Shown here: positions 24,840 through 34,094 of the stretch, in pieces
Layout of the letters: every line of letters begins with the position of its first letter
How positions within the stretch are numbered: the stretch's first letter is position 1
Source: Candidatus Zambryskiibacteriota bacterium
GTDB taxonomy: Bacteria; Patescibacteriota; Minisyncoccia; Phycocordibacterales; DATDWN01
Assembly: GCA_026394775.1 (NCBI GenBank)
Contig: JAPLZY010000008.1
Coordinates: 1-51,366, forward strand
DNA length: 51,366 bases
Direction of reading: 5' to 3'
Translations under genes and position numbers: made by a program
The notes under the pieces: generated by a model
Told to the model about the DNA's origin: nothing
Databases searched by the model: none
Seen by the model: the letters and a program-made list of their open reading frames with translations, nothing else

Positions 24840-27800
24840 ATGGCAGAAGAGAAAGACAAACAACTAAAAAGCGAAACTGCATTACGAGAAGAAGCGATTC
24901 TCGATTTTTGGCAAAAAGAAAAAATCTTTGAAAAGACACTTGAAAAGGAGTCACCTCAAGGGGAGTATGTATTTTACGAAGGTCCTCCGACTGCCAATGC
25001 AAAGCCTGCACTTCATCACCTTGAAGCACGAGCGTTTAAGGATATTATTCCGCGTTTTAAAACAATGCAGGGTTTTCATGTAGAGCGTAAAGGAGGGTGG
25101 GATACTCATGGTCTTCCAGTGGAACTGCAGATAGAAAAAAAGCTTGGCCTAAAGTCAAAAAAAGATATTGAAAGCTACGGCATCGAAGCCTTCAACAAAC
25201 AATGTAAAGACAGTGTGTTTGAATATATTGGTGATTGGGAAAAATTTACTGACCGTATTGGATATTGGGTGGACAAAAAGAATGCGTATTTTACGTTCAA
25301 TCCAGGGTACATGGAGTCAGTGTGGAATATAGTAAAGACCGTAGATGAAAAGAAACTTCTCTACAAAGACTACAAGGTGCTTCCGTGGTGTCCGCGTTGT
25401 GGAACTGCGCTTTCAAGTCACGAGCTCGCTCAAGGTTATGAGGAGGATAAAGATCTCTCGGTAACAGCAAAGTTTAAGATCGTCGGTGAAGACAATACCT
25501 ATCTTTTAGCATGGACTACAACCCCGTGGACACTACCAGGGAATGTTGCTTTGGCTGTAGGGAAGGATATTGAATATGTGAAAATTAAAGTCAGTGACGA
25601 ATATTTAATTCTTGCAAAATCAAGAGTTTCTGTTGTACCGACTGAGTATGTAGTAGTGGCTGAAATTAAGGGTGTTAACCTTGTAGGTTTAGAATACGAA
25701 CCTCTTTTCCCGTACCTCACCGATAAATTTACAGACAAAAACCCAGAAGCGTTTGAGAAAGCATACAAAGTATATGCTGCGGATTTTGTGAACACGACAG
25801 ATGGAACAGGGACTGTACACACTGCAGTCATGTACGGACAAGACGATTTTGAACTAGGGACTCAGGTAGGTCTTCCTAAATTCCACCTTGTAAAAGAAGA
25901 CGGACACTTTTTGGATGATATGCCTCTCCATTTAGGAGATAGTAAAAAAGATCTTTCGGGGCGCTATGTAAAAGAAGTAGATGAAAAAGGGAAGCCGACT
26001 GTAGCTGTGGATATTATTGACGATCTTAAAAAAAGAAATTTGTTTTTCAGTCAGGAAAACATAAAACACTCATACCCGCATTGTTGGCGATGTAAAACAG
26101 CACTTATCTACTATGCGCGTGACTCGTGGTATATCCGCATGTCTTCTCTTCGAAAAGAACTCATGGCAGAAAATGAAGATATTCACTGGGAACCAAAACA
26201 TATAAAAGAAGGTCGCTTTGGTGAGTGGCTCCGAGAGATCAAAGACTGGGCTATTTCTCGTGAGCGATACTGGGGTACACCGTTACCTATCTGGACCAAT
26301 TCACAAGGAGACTATCGGGTAGTTGGGAGTGTTGACGAACTTCGAAAGCTCACGAAAAAATCTGGTAACAGGTATTTTGTGATGCGCCACGGACAAACAG
26401 AAGGAAATGTAAAACAAATTTGGAGTACAGATAGTGAATTCCTTGATCCGTTGACCGAAAAAGGGCGAGAGCAGGTACACGCATCGGCACAAAAGATAAC
26501 AGAAAAAATAGATCTTATCGTCGCATCACCGTTTCCACGCACACAAGAGACTGCACGATTGACTGCGGAGATTCTCGGTATACCGGAAGACCAGATTGTC
26601 ACTGATCCGCATATTGGAGAATGGAATGTTGGCACAGAGTTTAATGGAAAAGGTATCGAAGATTTTTTTGCAATTAGAAACAAAGGTACAAACCGATTTA
26701 CGTTTAAAACAGGAGACGGAGAGTCGTATGCAGATGTGTGTACACGAGCAGGAAAGTTTCTCTATTCACTTGAAGAAAAATATCAAGGAAAAAATATCCT
26801 TATCGTGTCTCATGGTGCTCCATCACGCGCAATGGCTTTTATTGCAGATGGTTTTTCTCATGACAAAGCGCCGTTGCATATGAGGACATTTAAAAACTTT
26901 GACAATGCAGAAGTGCGAGAAATTAATTTTGTACCGCTTCCGCATAATCAAAATTATGAAATCGATTTGCATCGACCGTATATCGACGAAGCGGTACTTA
27001 TTGATGAAAAAGGTGAGTCACTAACTCGTGTAAAAGAAGTGATGGATGTGTGGTTTGACTCGGGTTCTATGCCTTTTGCTCAGGTCAATTATCCTTTTGC
27101 GCAGGAAGATTTGCTCTACCCAGCTGACTTTATTTCAGAAGCTATCGACCAGACTCGAGGATGGTTCTACACTTTGCATGCTATCGGCGTGCTGATGGGT
27201 AAAGGCAAGGCATATAAAAACGTAATATGTCTCGGACATATTCTCGACGCCGAAGGAAAGAAGATGTCTAAATCAATTGGAAATATTGTAAATCCAAATG
27301 AGATGATGGATCTCTATGGTGTTGATGCACTCCGTCTGTGGATGTATAGCGTCAATCAACCAGGAGATTCAAAGAACTTTGATGTGTCGACCGTAGATGA
27401 AATAATCAAAAAGGTATTCAACCCAACTCGAAATATTTTGGCATTTTATGAGCTCTATGCAGACGATGAGTCTAAAGCGTTTAAGGGGCAATCATCACAT
27501 GTGCTTGACCGATGGATTGTAGGTGAGCTTCATATGCTTATACGCGAGGGAACAAAGTCGCTCGAACAATATCAGATATTTGAAGCTGCTCGACGTATCA
27601 GAGATTTTATCAATGATTTTTCTACATGGTATGTGAGACGTTCACGCGATCGTTTTAAGTCTGACAATATACAAGAAAAAAATGAAGCACTTGCAACCAC
27701 TCGCTTTGTTCTTGTTGAACTGATGAAGTATATGGCGCCGTTTACTCCATTTTTTGCTGAGGATATTTACCGCACACTCAAGACTTCTTCTGATCCAGAA

Positions 27801-28319
27801 AGTGTTCATTTGACTACTTGGCCTACTGCAGAGGCTGTGGACGAAACACTTCTCGCTGATATGCGTAAAGTTCGAGAGGTGGTTTCAATTGCACTTCAGG
27901 TGCGTTCAAAAGCAAATATAAAAGTACGACAACCACTCGCATCTTTGGTTATACAGGAAGATCTTAGTGACGAGCTTCGGGCAATTATTGCAGATGAGGT
28001 AAATGTAAAAGAGGTTGTTTCTGATACAACTATGATAATAGCGCTTGAGCTTGATACGGCACTCACACCCGACCTGATCGAAGAGGGAATCGCTCGAGAT
28101 ATTATCCGAGCTATTCAAGATGCCCGTAAGAAAGAAAATCTTACACCAAATCAAACAATTACACTCTCACTTTCAGGGATCGGATCTGAATTTTTGAATC
28201 GTTGGGGCGAGATGATACAAAAACCGACAGGAGTTAAAAGTGTAGAAATTGTGGACACAAAAGGTGCGCACACAGTCGAACTCGAAACGCTATCTATTTC
28301 GTTTACACTCGGGTATTAA
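24840..28319 (+). CDS. ileS: isoleucyl-tRNA synthetase (type 2) with an inserted histidine-phosphatase domain
   Basis: FYEGPPTANAKPALHH, the editing-domain motif TTTPWTLPGN, RYWGTPLPIW, DLHRPYID, VWFDSGSMP and KMSKS (GKKMSKSIGN). At 1159 aa it is long because of the insertion at 26361-26963. Confidence 0.95.
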   Translation: MAEEKDKQLKSETALREEAILDFWQKEKIFEKTLEKESPQGEYVFYEGPPTANAKPALHHLEARAFKDIIPRFKTMQGFHVERKGGWDTHGLPVELQIEKKLGLKSKKDIESYGIEAFNKQCKDSVFEYIGDWEKFTDRIGYWVDKKNAYFTFNPGYMESVWNIVKTVDEKKLLYKDYKVLPWCPRCGTALSSHELAQGYEEDKDLSVTAKFKIVGEDNTYLLAWTTTPWTLPGNVALAVGKDIEYVKIKVSDEYLILAKSRVSVVPTEYVVVAEIKGVNLVGLEYEPLFPYLTDKFTDKNPEAFEKAYKVYAADFVNTTDGTGTVHTAVMYGQDDFELGTQVGLPKFHLVKEDGHFLDDMPLHLGDSKKDLSGRYVKEVDEKGKPTVAVDIIDDLKKRNLFFSQENIKHSYPHCWRCKTALIYYARDSWYIRMSSLRKELMAENEDIHWEPKHIKEGRFGEWLREIKDWAISRERYWGTPLPIWTNSQGDYRVVGSVDELRKLTKKSGNRYFVMRHGQTEGNVKQIWSTDSEFLDPLTEKGREQVHASAQKITEKIDLIVASPFPRTQETARLTAEILGIPEDQIVTDPHIGEWNVGTEFNGKGIEDFFAIRNKGTNRFTFKTGDGESYADVCTRAGKFLYSLEEKYQGKNILIVSHGAPSRAMAFIADGFSHDKAPLHMRTFKNFDNAEVREINFVPLPHNQNYEIDLHRPYIDEAVLIDEKGESLTRVKEVMDVWFDSGSMPFAQVNYPFAQEDLLYPADFISEAIDQTRGWFYTLHAIGVLMGKGKAYKNVICLGHILDAEGKKMSKSIGNIVNPNEMMDLYGVDALRLWMYSVNQPGDSKNFDVSTVDEIIKKVFNPTRNILAFYELYADDESKAFKGQSSHVLDRWIVGELHMLIREGTKSLEQYQIFEAARRIRDFINDFSTWYVRRSRDRFKSDNIQEKNEALATTRFVLVELMKYMAPFTPFFAEDIYRTLKTSSDPESVHLTTWPTAEAVDETLLADMRKVREVVSIALQVRSKANIKVRQPLASLVIQEDLSDELRAIIADEVNVKEVVSDTTMIIALELDTALTPDLIEEGIARDIIRAIQDARKKENLTPNQTITLSLSGIGSEFLNRWGEMIQKPTGVKSVEIVDTKGAHTVELETLSISFTLGY
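26361..26963 (+). other. in-frame histidine phosphatase (phosphoglycerate-mutase superfamily) domain inserted into IleRS
   Basis: FVMRHGQTEGN (RHG at 26385-26393), LTEKGREQ, SPFPRTQETA, GDGESY and ILIVSHGAP (His codon 26811-26813). It lies between the IleRS segments ...PLPIW...ELRKL... and DLHRPYID. No stop or frame change at either junction. Confidence 0.8.
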
Positions 28320-28328
28320 CTCTCTGCT

Positions 28329-28907
28329 ATGGCTCACTATATGTACACGACGGATGCGCTTATAGTCAAACGTATTCCGTATGACACCAATGTTTCGTAT
28401 TTACTTTATACCAAAGAACTTGGTCTTATTAGTGCTCTTGCAACAGGGGTTCGAAAAAGTGAATCAAAACTCAGATATGGTTTGCAAGAGTATTCTTTTT
28501 CGCAGGTATCTTTGGTTAAAGGTAGGCATGTGTGGCGTCTGACAGGTGTTAACTTGCGGACAAATTTCTATTTTGACACAGAGTCAAACAAGGCCAAACA
28601 TGTCATCGCTCGTATATGTGCACAGATAGTGCGTCTTGTTGCAGGGGAAGAAAAAGATGAACAGCTTTTTTCTGTTATAACACAAGGGCTCGACGCGCTT
28701 TCGAAGACGACAGAAGAGGATGTGGCTTTACTTGAAATACTTTTGTTACTTCGGATACTGTATAAACTCGGGTATGTGTCGGCGACAGAGTTGGAAATGT
28801 TTGTGGGGAATGATGAATATACTAAAGATATGTTAGAAAAAGTGCGTACCTCGCAGGCATCTTTGCTTGCCCATGTAAACAGAGGACTGAAAGAAAGCCA
28901 ATTGTAA
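28329..28907 (+). CDS. recO: DNA repair protein RecO (short form)
   Basis: N-terminal OB-fold pattern: TDALIVKRIPYDTNVSYLLYTKELGLISALATGVRKSESKLR...L. The length and helical C-terminus fit compact RecO proteins. Confidence 0.6.
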   Translation: MAHYMYTTDALIVKRIPYDTNVSYLLYTKELGLISALATGVRKSESKLRYGLQEYSFSQVSLVKGRHVWRLTGVNLRTNFYFDTESNKAKHVIARICAQIVRLVAGEEKDEQLFSVITQGLDALSKTTEEDVALLEILLLLRILYKLGYVSATELEMFVGNDEYTKDMLEKVRTSQASLLAHVNRGLKESQL

Positions 28908-28908
28908 A

Positions 28909-29028
28909 AATACGAATATACGAATAATGCACAACTACGAATGAATTCATCCTGATCCGATACGTTCGTATCGAACGGATTTAGGATTCGTAGCTATTCG
29001 TAAGTTTTCCATTCGAATATTCGTATAT
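28909..29028. repeat. TACGAA/TTCGTA-rich palindromic intercistronic element, copy 2 (divergent full length)
   Basis: Begins AATACGAATATACGAATAA and ends CATTCGAATATTCGTATAT. Has a central hairpin around GATCCGATACG/CGTATCGAACGGAT. Lies between recO and the next gene. Confidence 0.6.
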
Positions 29029-29056
29029 CTATTTAAGATAATGTTATAATGAATCC

Positions 29057-30934
29057 ATGAATATGGAAAATGATAAAATAGAACAGCTAAAAAGAAAACT
29101 GTATTCTCGTGGAGGTTTTACACCGAAAACATCTCGTTTTCAAATGAGCCGAGAGGACTCAAATGTAAAAGATAATTGGGAAGGAAATACAGAGCTTCAT
29201 TTAAATGCAGAGAGTGGGGGCACACACCCTTTTCTAAAAAAGTTTCTTATCGGAGCTGTACTTTTTTTTGTAGTTGCTCTAGGGCTGGCGGCATATGTGT
29301 TTACCGGTGGTATGAATGAAGTTTCTTCTGCTAATGTTGATATCGGGATCCTTGGTCCAGCGAGTGTTGCGTCAGGTGAGCAAGTTGACCTTGGGATATC
29401 AATTGTAAATAAAAATTCTACACGGCTTGAAAATGTTGTGCTTTCTATAGAATATCCAGAAGGAACAAAACAAAATGAAAATGATGCAGAGCCTTTGAAG
29501 CGAACGAGTGAAAACATGGGTCAGATAGATAAAGGCTCGGTGCGTGACAGCACAGCCAAATTTATCTTGTTTGGGGACAAGGGTGTGGTTAAAACGCTCA
29601 CCTTTAAAATCGAGTATACGGTGACTGGCTCAAATGCGCGATTCACCAAGGAGAAAAAATACGATGTAATGATCGGCTCTTCTCCGTTGCTTGTAAACGT
29701 AAGCGCACCACAAGAGATCAACTCCGGACAACTTTTCGGACTTCAGGTTACCGTCACGTCAAATTCAGGCGCGCTTCTTAAAGACGTGCTCGTAAAAGTA
29801 GAGTACCCATATGGTTTTACCTATGTAGACTCTTCTCTTGAACCGGAGCGAGATAAGCAGACATGGAATATTGGCGATTTAAAAAATGGCGAGAAAAAAG
29901 TCTTTACCGTACAAGGAAAAATTGTGGCGCAGGATAATGAAGAAAGAACATTTCGATTTGTCGTCGGGACACTTGCCTTAGGAGGAGAGGTGGACACAGT
30001 ACTCGGTACAGCCATGCCGACACTTCTGGTAAGAAAGCCTTTTTTCAATGCAGATTTTGTCTTGGCTGGTGAAAGCTCTGAGATTGTGAGCGTGAGTCCA
30101 CGGAGCCGTATATCAGGAGCGATTACGATCACCAACTCACTCGCCGATGCACTTTCAAATGTATCAGTTGAGGTAAAAATGTCTGGTTCTGCATTAAATA
30201 AAACAGGAGTGCGGGTCAACGATGGTGGCTTCTACCAGTCAAACCAAAATACAATCGTATGGGATAGAAATTCAAGACAAAATCTGGAAATTATTCGGCC
30301 AGGAGAAAAAGTGGGAGTAAATTTTGATTTAGATAATTTCATTGTCTCAAATACAGATAAAAACCCAGAAGTTTCTTTTGATGTTACTTTGAAGGGTGTA
30401 CGTGCTCTCTCTGGTGGTGGGGTAGACAATGTTACATCTACATTTACTAAAAAACTTCGCTTCCTCACAGGACTTTCTTTAGGGGCAAAAACACTTCGCA
30501 GTGGAGTGATCTCAAACATTGGTCCAGTACCACCACAGAGAGAAGTTTCTTCTACATATACAGTAGAGTGGACACTTTCAAATACAAACAATGATGCAGG
30601 TAATACTCAGGTAACAACCGTACTTCCTGTGTATGTAGAATGGACTGGTGCGGTCTCACCTACAACAGAAAGTATTAGTTACAATCCTGATACACGTACG
30701 GTCACATGGAATGCAGGTACGATACCTGCTCGTGCAGGCTACAGCACATCGCCAAAGAAAGTATTTTTTCAGGTAAAGCTTAACCCAAGCGCTTCTCAAG
30801 TAGGCATAGCCCCGGCTTTGACGGGAACTATCAGTACGTTTGCTAAAGATATGTTTGCGGATAAGACATTTACTGTAGAAACAAATGCTGTGACCTCCAA
30901 CACTTCCGACGGCTTTTCGGGCACAGTTCAGTAA
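29057..30934 (+). CDS. large membrane-anchored protein with repeated beta-sandwich-like regions, function unknown
   Basis: A cytoplasmic N-terminus of about 60 aa, one transmembrane helix (FLIGAVLFFVVALGLAAYVF), then about 540 aa of beta-rich sequence. Confidence 0.6.
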   Translation: MNMENDKIEQLKRKLYSRGGFTPKTSRFQMSREDSNVKDNWEGNTELHLNAESGGTHPFLKKFLIGAVLFFVVALGLAAYVFTGGMNEVSSANVDIGILGPASVASGEQVDLGISIVNKNSTRLENVVLSIEYPEGTKQNENDAEPLKRTSENMGQIDKGSVRDSTAKFILFGDKGVVKTLTFKIEYTVTGSNARFTKEKKYDVMIGSSPLLVNVSAPQEINSGQLFGLQVTVTSNSGALLKDVLVKVEYPYGFTYVDSSLEPERDKQTWNIGDLKNGEKKVFTVQGKIVAQDNEERTFRFVVGTLALGGEVDTVLGTAMPTLLVRKPFFNADFVLAGESSEIVSVSPRSRISGAITITNSLADALSNVSVEVKMSGSALNKTGVRVNDGGFYQSNQNTIVWDRNSRQNLEIIRPGEKVGVNFDLDNFIVSNTDKNPEVSFDVTLKGVRALSGGGVDNVTSTFTKKLRFLTGLSLGAKTLRSGVISNIGPVPPQREVSSTYTVEWTLSNTNNDAGNTQVTTVLPVYVEWTGAVSPTTESISYNPDTRTVTWNAGTIPARAGYSTSPKKVFFQVKLNPSASQVGIAPALTGTISTFAKDMFADKTFTVETNAVTSNTSDGFSGTVQ

Positions 30935-30973
30935 AGTTGATTGTCGAGACTATTTAATATACTATTTGAAATC

Positions 30974-32362
30974 ATGGCAGAAAAAAACCAAGAACTGATG
31001 GAAAAGATTGTATCCCTCTGTAAAAGACGAGGGTTTGTTTTTCCTGGGTCTGAAATCTACGGAGGACTCGCCGGTACATTTGACTATGGACCGCTTGGTG
31101 TTGCGCTCCGCAACAATATAAAAGCGCTTTGGTGGAAACGCTTTGTAACTGACCGAGAAGACATGTACGGCATGGATGCCGCTATTTTGATGAATCAAAA
31201 TGCATGGAAAGCATCGGGACACGTGGGTGGTTTCAACGATCCACTTGTTGAAGATTTGAAAACTAAAAAAAGATATCGAGCAGATCATTTGCTTGAAGAT
31301 GTAGGAGTTGACGTAAAAGGCCTTACTGTGGGAGGTATGGATAGTTTGATAAAAGAAAAGGGAATCAAAAGTCCAGAAGGAAATCCGCTTGGTGATGTGC
31401 GTCAGTTTAATATGATGTTTAAAACTCACTTTGGTGCCACCGAAGGTGAGGACTCTATCACATATCTTCGTCCTGAAACGGCTGGAGGTATGTTTGTAAA
31501 CTTTAAAAATATTCAAGACTCATTTCATCCAAAACTTCCATTTGGTATGGCACAGATCGGTAAAGCGTTCCGCAATGAAATCGCACCTCGAGATTTTATT
31601 TTCCGTCTCCGTGAACTCGAACAAATGGAAATCGAATATTTTGTTGATCCAAGAGACCCAGTGAAAGTAGATCAAATATTCAACGAATGGTTTGATGAAC
31701 AAGTGGCCTTTTTGAAAGATCTTGGCCTTCCAGAATCAAAGATCCATAAACTCGAAGTTCCTGAAGCTGACCGAGCTCACTACTCAAAGAGAAGTGTTGA
31801 TACAGAGTTTGATTTTGCCATCGGTCAGAAAGAACTTCTTGGTCTGGCATATCGTACAGACTTTGATCTCAATGCGCACGCAAGTGCTTCTGGGGCTGAT
31901 CTTTCATACTATGACGAAGAAACAAAGGAGAGAGTAGTACCTCACTGCATCGAGCCTACATTTGGTGTGGACCGAGTATTGCTCGCAGTCCTCTCATCAG
32001 CATATACAGAAGATGAACTAGGGGGAGAGACACGAACATACCTAAAATTTGCTCCAAAGGTTGCTCCGGTAATAGTGGCAGTTTCTCCACTTTTGAAAAA
32101 CAAACCAGAGCTTGTATCTCTCGCACGAGAAGTGTTTGTGCAACTCAAGAAAAAATTTGGCCGCGTAAGCTTCGATGACAATGGAAATATTGGAAAGCGA
32201 TACCGAAGACAAGATGAGATAGGTACGAAATGGTGTGTAGTGATTGATTTCGATACACTCGAGCAAAAAACAGGAGTAACAGTACGTGACCGAGATACTG
32301 GAGAGCAAACACGCATGCAGGTCCCAGAACTCATTGCGTACATCGAAGAAAAGTTACAGTAA
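30974..32362 (+). CDS. glyQS: glycyl-tRNA synthetase (homodimeric class II type)
   Basis: MEKIVSLCKRRGFVFPGSEIYGGLAGTFDYGPLG, with class II motifs FRNEIAPRDFIFRLREL and a C-terminal anticodon-binding domain. ATG 30974 is preferred over the track start 30941. Confidence 0.95.
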   Translation: MAEKNQELMEKIVSLCKRRGFVFPGSEIYGGLAGTFDYGPLGVALRNNIKALWWKRFVTDREDMYGMDAAILMNQNAWKASGHVGGFNDPLVEDLKTKKRYRADHLLEDVGVDVKGLTVGGMDSLIKEKGIKSPEGNPLGDVRQFNMMFKTHFGATEGEDSITYLRPETAGGMFVNFKNIQDSFHPKLPFGMAQIGKAFRNEIAPRDFIFRLRELEQMEIEYFVDPRDPVKVDQIFNEWFDEQVAFLKDLGLPESKIHKLEVPEADRAHYSKRSVDTEFDFAIGQKELLGLAYRTDFDLNAHASASGADLSYYDEETKERVVPHCIEPTFGVDRVLLAVLSSAYTEDELGGETRTYLKFAPKVAPVIVAVSPLLKNKPELVSLAREVFVQLKKKFGRVSFDDNGNIGKRYRRQDEIGTKWCVVIDFDTLEQKTGVTVRDRDTGEQTRMQVPELIAYIEEKLQ

Positions 32363-32390
32363 ATTTTCAATTTTAAATATTCATAGAAAT

Positions 32391-33092
32391 ATGGAAAATG
32401 ATGAAGATGTGGAAAATAGAGCGAAGGAATTTATAAAGCAAAATAAATCCCACATTATACAAAAGTTTGCAAACAATGCATCTCATATACCTGTAGCAAA
32501 GCCCATTTCTCTCTTCATGGCAGGTTCGCCTGGAGCAGGGAAAACCGAAGTTTCAAGAAGTTTGATAAAAGAATTTGAAAGCATGCCTATACTTATTGAT
32601 GCTGATGAAATTAGAAAAGAATGCCCAGGTTACATTGGTATAAACGCGCATCTCTTTCAAAAAGCCGCAACAAAAGGAATAAGTATTTTATTGGATCACG
32701 CGCTTGATAATAAATTAAACTTTATTCTTGATGGTACGTTTGCATATGCAGATCCAGTTCAAAATATTCAAAGATCAATCGACCACGACAGGTTGGTTGA
32801 ATTATGGTTTATCTATCAAAGACCGGAGCTCGCTTGGGAATTTACAAAAGCTCGAGAAGTGATTGAATCAAGAAGAGTGGGTAAAGAAAAATTTATTGAA
32901 ACATTCTTGAAATCAAGAGACAATGCAATTCAAGCAAAAAGACACTTTGATAAAGTTCTAGAATTAAACTTGTTGATCAAAGATATCGATAATACAGGAG
33001 GAGAGCTCAGATTAAATATATCCGCCGACGAACTTGACCGGTATCTAGGGAATGGCTATACTGAAGATGAACTTAAAAATCTACTCAAATGA
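32391..33092 (+). CDS. zeta-toxin-family P-loop kinase
   Basis: FMAGSPGAGKTEVS (Walker A) followed by ILIDADEIRKECPGY and ILDGTFAY, which is the zeta_toxin family layout. ATG 32391 is preferred because the track start 32286 overlaps glyQS. Confidence 0.7.
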   Translation: MENDEDVENRAKEFIKQNKSHIIQKFANNASHIPVAKPISLFMAGSPGAGKTEVSRSLIKEFESMPILIDADEIRKECPGYIGINAHLFQKAATKGISILLDHALDNKLNFILDGTFAYADPVQNIQRSIDHDRLVELWFIYQRPELAWEFTKAREVIESRRVGKEKFIETFLKSRDNAIQAKRHFDKVLELNLLIKDIDNTGGELRLNISADELDRYLGNGYTEDELKNLLK

Positions 33093-33277
33093 TTACAACA
33101 TTAAAGAAGCTATTTACTCGAAAAAGCCCTGAAATTAAAGAAAAGAATGACTTTTCTGAGTTTTTTTTGCATGCCAAATCAAAAGATAAAGCTAAGGTAA
33201 TTCGACGAGTGCTTAAGGAAGCAAGTGATGAACAGAGGGCTTTAATGAAAAAATATAGAGAAGCAAAAACCGCCTAA
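33089..33277 (+). CDS. small Lys/Glu-rich helical protein, translationally coupled to the zeta-like gene
   Basis: The ATGA overlap at 33089-33092 couples it to the upstream stop. 62 aa with no recognised motif. Confidence 0.45.
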   Translation: MITTLKKLFTRKSPEIKEKNDFSEFFLHAKSKDKAKVIRRVLKEASDEQRALMKKYREAKTA

Positions 33278-33402
33278 TGGGGGGGTTTTGGTGCTAAGGC
33301 TTTGCCACGGCAGAAAGTGCCCTCAATAAGGGCTTTCTCTGCTGTGGCGAAAGCTAAATAAAAAACAGCATAAGGGCACGATGTGCCAAGGAGATGAAGA
33401 CG

Positions 33403-34044
33403 ATGTCTTCACTTTACACGATTGGACAGATGTATGAATTAGCGACCGCTTTTGAACAAGATGGTTATACGCCAGAAATGCTCAAGAGTCTTGTGTCAGG
33501 GGGTCGACTGCGAGCTCTCAAAGGAGTGCTCGAAGGGAACGCTCAGATTGTCACCACCTCAACCAGGGTGGCGCAAAAGAAGGTTGAACCGAAGAGTTTC
33601 ATCATCAAACGTGGCGATTTTAACCCTGCCGAATTTATTGGAACAGGCTGGAGCATCATCATGAAGGAGACAGACGCGCGTTCCACTGCTCTTATTGAAC
33701 TGGATCTGAACAAGATCCAACAGGTTACGATGTTGAAAGAAGGCGAGTTGTCCATCAAAGGTGAAGAGAAACTCAAACGTCTGAAGGAGTCGGAAAACAT
33801 CCGTTTGGATGCCGATATCTTCCTTGCACTCTGGAGGAACCAATATCTCATCCCTGAAAGCTGGAAGCAAAAGGTGGACGGGAATACTCGCTACATTTTC
33901 TTTGACGGCACAGTCCTTCGGGACTCAGTCGGCTACCGCTATGTCCTGTACTTGTGCTGGTTCGGCGGTGCGTGGTACTGGCGCGTGCGCTGGCTCGACC
34001 TTGTCTGGGGCGCCGACGGCCCGTCTGCTGTTCTCGTAAGTTAG
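33403..34044 (+). CDS. DGR target (variable) protein with C-terminal variable region
   Basis: The C-terminus GYRYVLYLCWFGGAWYWRVRWLDLVWGADGPSAVLVS is encoded by the VR. The AAGGAG at 33388-33393 is correctly spaced for ATG 33403. The track start 33394 abuts the SD. Confidence 0.85.
   Translation: MSSLYTIGQMYELATAFEQDGYTPEMLKSLVSGGRLRALKGVLEGNAQIVTTSTRVAQKKVEPKSFIIKRGDFNPAEFIGTGWSIIMKETDARSTALIELDLNKIQQVTMLKEGELSIKGEEKLKRLKESENIRLDADIFLALWRNQYLIPESWKQKVDGNTRYIFFDGTVLRDSVGYRYVLYLCWFGGAWYWRVRWLDLVWGADGPSAVLVS
33914..34036 (+). repeat. DGR variable repeat (VR)
   Basis: 123 bp aligned base by base to 34374-34496 at a constant offset of 460. There are 22 mismatches, and every one lies opposite a TR adenine. 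Confidence 0.9.
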
Positions 34045-34094
34045 TACTTGGGCTTTGGTCACTTGGATCTTTTGATCCTTGGATTTTAGCTCTT

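Noticed and set aside
30962-31516. 184-aa minus-strand ORF
   Set aside because: It is entirely antisense to the highly conserved glyQS coding sequence. It is a shadow ORF.
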